A stretch of 64,000 nt of DNA, taken from NCBI RefSeq assembly GCF_003790525.1, contig NZ_CP033635.1. The stretch is one strand, 5' to 3'. The position numbers were made by a program, and so were the translations under genes. This document shows, in pieces, positions 20,759-28,843 of this stretch (position 1 is the first letter of the stretch; every line of letters starts with the position of its first letter). The notes under the pieces are model-generated. The model did not search any database, was not told the origin of the DNA, and saw nothing but the letters and a program-made list of their open reading frames with translations. This DNA comes from Escherichia coli. GTDB taxonomy: Bacteria > Pseudomonadota > Gammaproteobacteria > Enterobacterales > Enterobacteriaceae.

Positions 20759-21660
20759 CTTCACCATTTATTCAACAAATTGCTGATAACCGGGTATGTC
20801 AGGTACTCACCTGTCTTCCTGAAAAATTTGTGGTTGATTTCGCAAACGGAATCGATGTTGCACAGGAGCATATCCGCACGGCCGGAGAGCGCACGTTCTT
20901 CCGGCGTTTAAAAGAGGGGCTGACCGGCGAAGGCGCTGCACGGCAGAATGCCATCAATGCGTCGCTTGCACAGGGCGTTGAGGCGTCCCTGCGCTGGCTG
21001 ACGGAGATGACAACGTCACTTGCCACCACAAACTACGCGATTACCCGGGTAAACGACAGGGTCAGTTCACTGGTCAGTGATACAGCCAGGCTGGCGCATT
21101 ATTCCGCAGATACGCGGGAGCAGTTACTCACCCTGGCCGATCAGGTTCACCATAAACTGAATCATCTTGAAGAAAAACTCCACCGTGTTGACCAGGTTCA
21201 GCGGGCGCAGTTACATCTTGAGCAGATATTCTCATGGTGGAGCGCCGGGCGATATGCGTCATTTTCCCCTGCCGGACGTTGTTATGTGGCACTTGAAGAG
21301 CTTCGCTGGGGCGCGTTTGGTGATGTGATACGTCAGAGCGAAACAGGCCAGGTTAACCAGCTACTGGATATTCTCAGACATAAAGCATTAACGCAGATGG
21401 CACAGGAGAGTGGCGGTAGTGCAACCGTGCGTCTGAACACTCTGGACTGGCTTGGTGGTCAGGGCCGGGAGCAGGCAGATAACGAGTGGCATGACGCGAT
21501 TAACTGGCTGGGAGACTGGTGCAGTGAAGAGCAGCATCCGGTGATCTGGTCAACCACGCAGGCTGCAGAACACTTACCGGTTCGCATGCCTCGCCTCTGC
21601 TCTGCAGAACGCCTCTCTGAAAGTATGGTCGATGAAATATTTCAGAAGGGGGCTGCATGA
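20755..21660 (+). CDS. Dynamin partner protein (YjcZ-like, by synteny with crfC-yjcZ)
   Basis: 301-aa ORF; GTG start overlaps the dynamin stop (GTGA); mostly helical; family assignment rests on position, not recalled sequence. Confidence 0.7.
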   Translation: MTSPFIQQIADNRVCQVLTCLPEKFVVDFANGIDVAQEHIRTAGERTFFRRLKEGLTGEGAARQNAINASLAQGVEASLRWLTEMTTSLATTNYAITRVNDRVSSLVSDTARLAHYSADTREQLLTLADQVHHKLNHLEEKLHRVDQVQRAQLHLEQIFSWWSAGRYASFSPAGRCYVALEELRWGAFGDVIRQSETGQVNQLLDILRHKALTQMAQESGGSATVRLNTLDWLGGQGREQADNEWHDAINWLGDWCSEEQHPVIWSTTQAAEHLPVRMPRLCSAERLSESMVDEIFQKGAA

Positions 21661-22727
21661 GTACAGAAATGAAAACGGGGCTGGTGCTGTCCGGTGGCGG
21701 GGCGGTGGGCGCTTATCAGGCGGGAGTGGTTAAGGCACTGGCAGAGTGTGGTACACAGATCAGCATGGTTTCAGGGGCCAGCATTGGCGCATTCAATGGT
21801 GCCATTATCGCGGCCTCTACCGATCTGTCAGAAGCTGCCGTACGCCTGGAGGCGCTCTGGGATCATCTGGGGAATAATCAGGTGCTGTCGGTAAACAGAT
21901 TGGTTTACTTTTCATTGCTGAAAAAATTGTTCCAGGCAATGAACCTCTGCCAGATCCCCGGACGTGCAGGAGCACTGCTTACGACGCTTCTTCGCCATAT
22001 ATCGACAATCAACGGGTTTGACAATCTGATGGCTCAGCCGTTGTTGTCAGATGAGCCCCTGACAGCGCTGATGGATCATTATCTTGATACTGATGCTCTG
22101 GCAGACGGGCTACCGCTGTATGTGTCGCTGTACCCCACAGAAGGGGGCATGCAGGATATTATTGACTGCATTCGTGCTGAACTGGGTGTCGGAACCACGA
22201 AAAACGCCGTTTTTCAGCATATCCAGAGCCTGCCCCGCGGACAGCAGAAAGAGGCTCTGCTTGCGTCAGCCGCGCTGCCCCTGCTGTTCCGTCCCCGTGA
22301 GGTTCAGGGGACAATGTTCGGTGATGGTGGTATGGGAGGATGGCGAAATATGCAGGGAAATACCCCTGTGACGCCTCTGGTCGATGCCGGATGCAATATG
22401 GTGATTGTGACGCATCTGAGTGACGGTTCTTTATGGGATCGCCAGGCTTTTCCGGACACCACAATCCTTGAGATCCGTCCCCGGAAAAGGCTGAAATATG
22501 CAGGTGATGGTGGCAACAGCGGCGGTCTGCTCAGTTTTACATCGGCACATACCGACGCCTGGCGTCAGCAGGGCTATGAAGACACGATGCTGGCGATGGA
22601 GCATATCCGGAAACCGCTGGCAGCACGTCAGGCACTGACCCGGTCAGAGGCGGTATTGCAGAAAAGCCTGGATATAACGGAAGAGGCAGATTTGGCACTG
22701 AGAAACGCGATGGCCCGGATTAAATAA
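21657..22727 (+). CDS. Patatin-like phospholipase
   Basis: 356 aa; Gly-rich oxyanion SGGGAVGAYQAG, lipase GxSxG as GASIG, catalytic Asp in FGDGGM; ATG overlaps the upstream stop (ATGA). Confidence 0.85.
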   Translation: MSTEMKTGLVLSGGGAVGAYQAGVVKALAECGTQISMVSGASIGAFNGAIIAASTDLSEAAVRLEALWDHLGNNQVLSVNRLVYFSLLKKLFQAMNLCQIPGRAGALLTTLLRHISTINGFDNLMAQPLLSDEPLTALMDHYLDTDALADGLPLYVSLYPTEGGMQDIIDCIRAELGVGTTKNAVFQHIQSLPRGQQKEALLASAALPLLFRPREVQGTMFGDGGMGGWRNMQGNTPVTPLVDAGCNMVIVTHLSDGSLWDRQAFPDTTILEIRPRKRLKYAGDGGNSGGLLSFTSAHTDAWRQQGYEDTMLAMEHIRKPLAARQALTRSEAVLQKSLDITEEADLALRNAMARIK

Positions 22728-22743
22728 AGACGCCCCAAAGAAA

Positions 22744-22770
22744 CGCCACCGCCTGTGGTGGTGTTTTTCC
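22744..22770 (+). terminator. Putative rho-independent terminator after the patatin gene
   Basis: ccacc-gcctgt-ggtgg hairpin followed by tgttttt, 17 bp after the patatin stop. Confidence 0.5.
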
Positions 22771-23057
22771 TGTCTGGTGTTATTGAAAATATTTTCAGAT
22801 ATATATTACCTGAGAGAAAGTTTTACCCCTCACCTGTCAATTCACTCACTGGAAATTTAATTATGAAATTACCTGTAAAGTTATTAATGAGCCTTATATC
22901 TCTGGTCAGCGTTATTGCACGTGCCGGGGAATATAAAAATTACAGCCGGGATGAAATAAAATACTGGCGATATACATCATACAAGGGGGGGAAACTTCCG
23001 GAAGGTTTCACTGATGAGAAATTTTCCAGCGCCATTTACAACGGAAGAATATTTACA

Positions 23058-23546
23058 ATGAAACGTTTACATACCCTTATGTTATTTCTGGCGGTTCTGT
23101 TCACGGGCTTTAACTTTAACGCAGAAGCGGCTACCGTAAAACAAGCTCTTAGTTGTAACCCGGAAGCCTGGGCTGAACAACCTGGAGCGTGTCCATCAAC
23201 GTACGAGTTGTACGAAGGTGACGCTACCTACAAAGCCGCTATCGACAAAGCATTAAAACCGGTCGGACTGAGCGGCATGTTCGGTAAAGGCGGCTATATG
23301 GATGGCCCTGGTGGAGGTATCACGCCAGTAAACATTAACGGTACAGTCTGGTTCCAGGGCGACGGTTGCAAAGCCAATACCTGCGGCTGGGACTTTATCG
23401 TAACACTCTATAACCCAAAAACCCATGAAGTTGTTGGCTACCGTTACTTTGGTTTAGATGACCCGGCCTACCTGGTTTGGTTCGGTGAAATTGGCGTGCA
23501 TGAATTCGCGTATCTGGTGAAAAACTACGTAGCTGCGGTTAACTAA
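23058..23546 (+). CDS. Ivy-like (inhibitor of vertebrate lysozyme family) periplasmic protein, divergent
   Basis: Signal peptide MKRLHTLMLFLAVLFTGFNFNAEA; KAA...KGG...CKANTCGWDFIV aligns with Ivy KAA...KGG...CKPHDCGSQRIAV as recalled; an in-frame upstream ATG at 22863 also precedes a hydrophobic stretch. Confidence 0.5.
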   Translation: MKRLHTLMLFLAVLFTGFNFNAEAATVKQALSCNPEAWAEQPGACPSTYELYEGDATYKAAIDKALKPVGLSGMFGKGGYMDGPGGGITPVNINGTVWFQGDGCKANTCGWDFIVTLYNPKTHEVVGYRYFGLDDPAYLVWFGEIGVHEFAYLVKNYVAAVN

Positions 23547-23561
23547 TTTAAGGAGTCTATC

Positions 23562-23972
23562 ATGAAAACTTTTATCAAAACTTTACTCGTTGCTGTAACT
23601 ATTCTGTTCTCTGTCTTCGCTACTGCGAAACAAGTAAAACTGCCAAATAACATCAAATACGTTAATACTACAGAAGCGTTTTCCTGTACCGAAATTGACG
23701 GTATGAATTGCCAGACAAAGAATCAGTTCAACTATAAAGATAACAGCTATGTTTTCGTGCTTGAGCGTGGTGGTGCCTGGTGCTACGACTACACTGTCTC
23801 GGTAGTTAACCTGAAAACCGGGAAAGCACAAATGATTGAATACGGGGACAATCAACTGTGCTCAGGTAGCAACAAACCGTTCTTCGAAATCAAAAATGGC
23901 GTACCGACGGTAGGAGTCATCGACACATCCGGAAAACCTGTCGTTGTAGCCCAGGACAAACTTAAAATCTAA
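23562..23972 (+). CDS. Small secreted Cys-containing protein, hypothetical
   Basis: 136 aa; signal peptide ending ATA-KQ; four Cys; strong aaggag RBS; 15 bp after the Ivy-like gene. Confidence 0.6.
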   Translation: MKTFIKTLLVAVTILFSVFATAKQVKLPNNIKYVNTTEAFSCTEIDGMNCQTKNQFNYKDNSYVFVLERGGAWCYDYTVSVVNLKTGKAQMIEYGDNQLCSGSNKPFFEIKNGVPTVGVIDTSGKPVVVAQDKLKI

Positions 23973-24112
23973 GGAGTAAACCATGCGTTTCTCTGCACAT
24001 TATTAATATCAAAGGTAAATACAGCCCCAGCCATTGTTACCGGAAAGCCGCTTAATGCGTGGCTCGCCAGTGAAAGGCCTCTCAGACAATAAACCTTATT
24101 CATTTCACCCGT

Positions 24113-24148
24113 CAGGCCGCGTCTTCTCCGGGAGACGCGGCTTTTTTC
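24113..24148 (+). terminator. Rho-independent terminator
   Basis: gccgcgtcttctcc / ggagacgcggc hairpin followed by ttttttc. Confidence 0.6.
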
Positions 24149-24192
24149 ATTTATTGCACCAGTAAATCTTAACCACCGATAAGGAGCAAAGT

Positions 24193-25013
24193 ATGCGATT
24201 AGCCAGTCGTTTTGGTTATGCTGCAAACCAGATACGCCGTGACCGTCCGCTGACACATGAAGAACTGATACGCCATGTACCCAGTATTTTTGGGGAAGAC
24301 CGGCACATCTCCCGCAGTGAACGGTATGCGTACATTCCCACCATTACCGTCCTGGAAAATCTGCAGCGGGAAGGCTTTCAGCCGTTCTTCGCCTGCCAGA
24401 CCCGTGTGCGCGACCCGGGCCGCCGGGGATACACAAAACACATGCTGCGTCTGCGGCGGGCCGGAGAGATAAACGGAGAACATGTCCCTGAAATTATTCT
24501 GCTCAACTCTCATGACGGTACCTCCAGCTACCAGATGCTGCCGGGTTACTTCAGGTTCGTCTGCCAGAACGGGTGCGTCTGTGGCCAGTCTCTGGGGAAG
24601 TGCGTGTTCCACACCGGGGAAATGTAGTGGAGAAAGTTATCGAAGGGGCTTACGAGGTGGTGGGCGTGTTTGACCGGATAGAGGAGAAGCGTGATGCCAT
24701 GCAGTCGCTGGTCCTGCCGCCACCGGCACGCCAGGCGCTGGCACAGGCGGCACTGACTTACCGTTATGGTGACGAACATCAGCCCGTCACCACCGCCGAC
24801 ATTCTGACGCCGCGACGCCGGGAGGATTACGGTAAGGACCTGTGGAGCGCATATCAGACCATCCAGGAGAATATGCTGAAAGGCGGGATTTCCGGTCGCA
24901 GTGCCAGAGGAAAACGTATCCATACCCGGGCCATTCACAGCATTGATACCGACATTAAGCTCAATCGCGCATTGTGGGTGATGGCAGAAACGATGCTGGA
25001 GAGCCTGCGCTGA
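24193..25013 (+). pseudogene. DUF932 (YfjQ-like) prophage protein, frameshifted
   Basis: N-terminal part (24193-24627) and C-terminal part (24573-25013) both match YfjQ as recalled but lie in different frames; break near 24590-24625. Confidence 0.75.
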
Positions 25014-25094
25014 TGCCGTTTCCCTGAGTGAGGGAATCATTCAGCTTTCGTTCCTGAAAAACACACATTTATTTGTTATTTAAGGAGTTATCTC

Positions 25095-25574
25095 ATGAAA
25101 ACCGTTTCTCAGAATACCCCCACAATTTATTCAGCTACAACACCAGAGAATAATCCGCCTCAGTTGGTTGCCAGCCTCGTCCCTGATGAACAGCGCATCA
25201 GCTTCTGGCCGCAGCATTTTGGCCTCATTCCACAGTGGGTGACCCTGGAGCCCCGTGTCTTCGGCTGGATGGACCGTCTGTGCGAAGACTACTGCGGTGG
25301 TATCTGGAATCTGTACACCCTGAACAACGGCGGGGCATTTATGGTACCCGAACCGGATGACGATGATGACGAAACATGGGTACTGTTCAATGTCATGAAC
25401 GGTAACCGCGCTGAAATGAGCCCGGAAGCCGCCGGCATTGCTGCCTGTCTGATGACGTACAGTCATCATGCCTGTCGTACAGAGTGTTATGCCATGACGG
25501 TCCATTATTACCGGCTGCGGGATTACGCCCTGCAGCATCCGGAATGCAGCGCCATTATGCGCATCATCGACTGA
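25095..25574 (+). CDS. Anti-restriction protein, ArdB/KlcA (YfjX-like) family
   Basis: 159 aa; conserved position before the RadC-like gene in CP4-type islands; acidic DDDDDE stretch; RBS aaggag. Confidence 0.75.
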   Translation: MKTVSQNTPTIYSATTPENNPPQLVASLVPDEQRISFWPQHFGLIPQWVTLEPRVFGWMDRLCEDYCGGIWNLYTLNNGGAFMVPEPDDDDDETWVLFNVMNGNRAEMSPEAAGIAACLMTYSHHACRTECYAMTVHYYRLRDYALQHPECSAIMRIID

Positions 25575-25589
25575 ATGGAGAGAAGCACA

Positions 25590-26066
25590 ATGCAACAACT
25601 TTCCTTTCTGCCAGGAGAGATGACGCCCGGCGAGCGCAGCCTCATTCTGCGGGCCCTGAAAACCCTGGACCGCCATCTTCATGAACCCGGCGTGCCCTTC
25701 ACCTCCACCCGTGCGGCACGGGAATGGCTGATTCTGAACATGGCGGGACTGGAGCGTGAAGAATTCCGGGTGCTGTATCTGAATAACCAGAATCAGCTGA
25801 TTGCCGGTGAAACCCTCTTCACCGGCACCATCAACCGCACGGAAGTCCATCCCCGGGAAGTGATTAAACGCGCCCTGTATCACAATGCCGCTGCCGTGGT
25901 GCTGGCACACAATCACCCGTCCGGTGAAGTCACACCCAGCAAGGCAGACTGCCTTATCACGGAACGTCTGGTACAGGCACTGGGCCTGGTGGATATCCGG
26001 GTGCCGGACCATCTGATAGTCGGTGGCAACCAGGTTTTCTCCTTTGCCGAACATGGTCTGCTTTAA
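25590..26066 (+). CDS. yeeS: RadC-like JAB/MPN-domain protein (YeeS/YfjY/YkfG family)
   Basis: JAMM motif HNHPSG; start set at MQQLSFLPGEMTPGER with ggagag RBS (ORF extends 5 codons upstream). Confidence 0.85.
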   Translation: MQQLSFLPGEMTPGERSLILRALKTLDRHLHEPGVPFTSTRAAREWLILNMAGLEREEFRVLYLNNQNQLIAGETLFTGTINRTEVHPREVIKRALYHNAAAVVLAHNHPSGEVTPSKADCLITERLVQALGLVDIRVPDHLIVGGNQVFSFAEHGLL

Positions 26067-26128
26067 CCCGTCACAACCACATCACACCTGTTTTCACTTT
26101 TATCTTCTGTCTTCAGAGGTATCCCATT

Positions 26129-26350
26129 ATGAAAATTATCACCCGTGGCGAAGCCATGCGTATTCACCGTCAGCATCCGGCATCCCGTCTTTTTTCGTTC
26201 TGTACCGGCAAATACCGCTGGCACGGCAGTGCTGAGGTTTATACCGGTCGTGAAGTGCAGGATATTCCCGGTGTGCTGGCCGTGTTTGCCGAACGCCGTA
26301 AGGACAGTTTTGGTCCGTATGTCCGGCTGATGAGCGTCACCCTGAACTGA
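26129..26350 (+). CDS. yeeT: YeeT-family (DUF987) protein
   Basis: 73 aa MKIITRGEAMRIH...YVRLMSVTLN matches K-12 YeeT as recalled. Confidence 0.85.
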   Translation: MKIITRGEAMRIHRQHPASRLFSFCTGKYRWHGSAEVYTGREVQDIPGVLAVFAERRKDSFGPYVRLMSVTLN

Positions 26351-26423
26351 GTGGGAATTCTGATGAGCAGAATTATCGCCACTACCGGACCATTCTTAGC
26401 CGATTTTCTGTAAGGATTTTATC

Positions 26424-26792
26424 GTGTCAGACACACTCCCCGGGACAACACTTCCCGACGACAATCACGACCGCCCCTGGTGGGGGCTGCCCTGCACCGT
26501 GACGCCCTGTTTCGGGGCACGTCTGGTGCAGGAGGGTAACCGCCTGCATTACCTTGCCGACCGCGCCGGTATCAGAGGCCTGTTCAGCGATGCAGATGCG
26601 TACCACCTGGACCAGGCCTTTCCGCTGCTGATGAAACAACTGGAACTCATGCTCACCAGCGGTGAACTGAATCCCCGCCATCAGCATACCGTCACGCTGT
26701 ATGCAAAAGGGCTGACCTGCAAAGCCGATACCCTCAGCAGTTGTGGTTACGTTTATCTGGCTGTTTATCCGACGCCCGAAATGAAAAATTAA
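26424..26792 (+). CDS. cbeA: Type IV antitoxin CbeA (YeeU)
   Basis: 122 aa MSDTLPGTTLPDDNHDRPWWGLPCTVTPCFGARLVQEGNRLHYLADRAGIRG... matches CbeA as recalled. Confidence 0.9.
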   Translation: MSDTLPGTTLPDDNHDRPWWGLPCTVTPCFGARLVQEGNRLHYLADRAGIRGLFSDADAYHLDQAFPLLMKQLELMLTSGELNPRHQHTVTLYAKGLTCKADTLSSCGYVYLAVYPTPEMKN

Positions 26793-26880
26793 CTCTCCAG
26801 AATAGCCTTCTGCTACGGCCTGGTGTTTTCACCACGCCACTTTTCCATTTTTATATCTGCATATCAGGAAAATCTTCAGT

Positions 26881-27254
26881 ATGAAAACATTACCTGTATT
26901 ACCCGGGCAGGCGGCCAGTTCTCGCCCGTCTCCTGTTGAAATCTGGCAGATACTGCTGTCCCGACTGCTGGACCAGCACTATGGCCTCACACAGAATGAC
27001 ACACCTTTTGCCGATGAACGTGTGATTGAGCAGCATATTGAGGCAGGCATTTCACTGTGTGATGCGGTGAACTTTCTCGTGGAAAAATACGCGCTGGTGC
27101 TACCGACCAGCCGGGATTCAGCGCCTGTACCCGCTCTCAGTTAATAAACAGCATCGATATCCTCCGGGCTCGCAGGGCGACCGGCCTGATGACCCGCGAC
27201 AATTACAGAACGGTAAATAACATTACCCTGGGTAAGTATCCGGAGGCGAAATGA
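26881..27254 (+). pseudogene. cbtA: Toxin CbtA (YeeV), frameshifted
   Basis: First 73 residues match CbtA, then the frame ends at 27144; the expected C-terminus INSIDILRARRATGLMTRDNYRTVNNITLGKYPEAK is in another frame (27150-27254); consistent with a single-base deletion near 27103. Confidence 0.8.
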
Positions 27255-27445
27255 TGACACTGGAAGCCGACAGCGTTAACGTACAGGCGCTGGATATGGG
27301 GCACATTGTCGTTGACATTGATGGTGTTAATATCACTGAACTGATTAATAAGGCCGCTGAAAACGGTTATTCACTCCGCGTGGTGGATGACCGTGACTCT
27401 ACCGAAACACCGGCAACTTATGCCAGCCCTCACCAGTTGCTGTAA
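27251..27445 (+). CDS. yeeW: YeeW-like small protein
   Basis: 64-aa ORF overlapping the cbtA stop, in the position of K-12 yeeW. Confidence 0.45.
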   Translation: MMTLEADSVNVQALDMGHIVVDIDGVNITELINKAAENGYSLRVVDDRDSTETPATYASPHQLL

Positions 27446-27850
27446 GACAATGCAGTGATGCAGGGTATAGTGCCATTAACCACAGAAACAGCACTGTTGT
27501 CCTGTATTAAGCAGGCAAGAGAAGATGTCCTTACCCTGCGCCATCTGCAGCTTCTGCACCAGAACCGGTGAATCTCACTCAACAGGCTTCATTTCCCCTG
27601 ACGCCAGCCTGAATACAGCTGGCGTTTTCATTTATAAACAGAAAGGAAAACCGATAATAATGGAATGGACGCCCCGACCATGAAGCAACGGTAGGATATT
27701 ACTGATAAACCTTCCAGTGGAGGTGCGTTATGGCCGTTTTAACGATTAGCATTGACCTGACAAAAAATGAATTCCAAATCCACGGTCTGGGTAGGAACAG
27801 AAAAATCTAAGCTCAGAAAACGGATTAAAGTAAGCGTCAACGGAGCACCA

Positions 27851-27985
27851 TATTGACGCTTATTTATTGGTGAGAACTACGTTCCATGGCAGGAGTTCGT
27901 CAACACGGTTGGAGGGCCATTCCGGCAGTATGCTCAGAATATGGCGCAGATACGCTTCCGGATCGATACCGTTCAGACGGCAGGT
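27851..27985 (-). mobile_element. IS66-family terminal remnant (~135 bp), inverted relative to the 1200-1650 copy
   Basis: About 88% identical by eye to the reverse complement of 1515-1650 (ttatttattggtgagaactacgttccatggcaggagttc...). Confidence 0.45.
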
Positions 27986-28029
27986 GCCTGCTTTTCCGGC
28001 AACAAGCAGGAATCTCAGCGCTGAAGCAG

Positions 28030-28242
28030 GAATTAGAGGTAAAAACGCCCTACCGGGCCATGAATCACCCGGTCATTGGAGTAGTAACCAAAGCAGATTT
28101 AGCCAGCATGGAACAAATATCTTTGGTGAAATGTTGGTTACGGGAAGCTGGAGCGCACAACGTGTTAGTAACCAGTGCGGTTAATAACAATGGAGTTACA
28201 GAACTTTTTGCCTTGCTGCATACAGAAGAAGGCTGCCGCTAA
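28030..28242 (+). pseudogene. yoeF: PduV/EutP-like fragment (yoeF-like)
   Basis: C-terminal PVIGVVTKADLASMEQISLVKCWLREAGAHNVLVTSAVNNNGVTELF resembles EutP/PduV; N-terminus missing; position matches K-12 yoeF. Confidence 0.45.
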
Positions 28243-28342
28243 TTTCGATAGGTTCTCAGATGAGAATGATGACGGTGATACACAGATAAGAATCAATGAG
28301 CAATGAGGGTTGCCGGGCAACCCTCATTGAATAAAACAGGAA

Positions 28343-28672
28343 TTACTTCGCTTCGCCGTTTTTCATTTCGCCCATAGCTTTCAGCTTTTTGGAGATATCG
28401 CGGCGTTCTTTGGAGAGCTCGGCATTTTTGATGATGTAATCGTCAACGCGATCTTCATAGTCACCTTTCATGCTGGCGATGATGCCCTGGATTGCTTCAA
28501 CGCTCATCCCTGGCTTGATGTAATCGCTCAGGTTGTCCAGCAACAGGACGCGCTTCTGGTTGTCACGGATCTTTTTCTCAACGTCCTGAATTTCACGTTG
28601 CAGTTTGTTCTTACGACGGAACAGACGAACAAATTCCAGTACGTCCTGGAATGAAGGCTTGGTAGTTTCCAT
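28343..28672 (-). CDS. yeeX: YeeX (DUF496/UPF0265) protein
   Basis: [41 protein letters not shown]...; start set at METT (ORF extends 22 codons upstream). Confidence 0.85.
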   Translation of the reverse strand: METTKPSFQDVLEFVRLFRRKNKLQREIQDVEKKIRDNQKRVLLLDNLSDYIKPGMSVEAIQGIIASMKGDYEDRVDDYIIKNAELSKERRDISKKLKAMGEMKNGEAK

Positions 28673-28843
28673 TTTTATACCCCTGATAATGTGAGAGTCG
28701 GATTCGTTTAAGCAACCGCTATTCGATAGGGCCAACATTACTCATAGCTGCCGCAGATGACAATGCTTTTATCCCTTTTCACTATCATACCCTTTATCCT
28801 TGCTGAATCGAAGCAGCAGCAAGATGATTCTGAAGTTCAGGAA

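Noticed and set aside
18362-22727. Assigning the dynamin operon to the Eleos (LeoA/LeoBC) defence system
   Set aside because: Eleos as I recall it pairs a short dynamin LeoA with LeoB/LeoC; here there is one long CrfC-like dynamin, a YjcZ-like partner and a patatin lipase, and no second dynamin gene, so the architecture does not match.
22755-23546. 263-aa ORF from the track as a single protein
   Set aside because: Its first ~100 nt overlap the terminator hairpin after the patatin gene and the N-terminal 36 residues look non-coding; internal starts at 23058 (or 22863) give a signal-peptide-bearing Ivy-like protein instead.
17272-24190. flu/Ag43 autotransporter and isrC sRNA expected next to yeeP by analogy with K-12
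   Set aside because: No large autotransporter-like ORF with signal peptide and beta-barrel C-terminus is present; the interval is occupied by the dynamin operon and small secreted proteins.
25131-26054. 307-aa minus-strand ORF
   Set aside because: Antisense to the ArdB-like and RadC-like genes, which have recognisable motifs and RBSs on the plus strand; no family resemblance in the antisense product.
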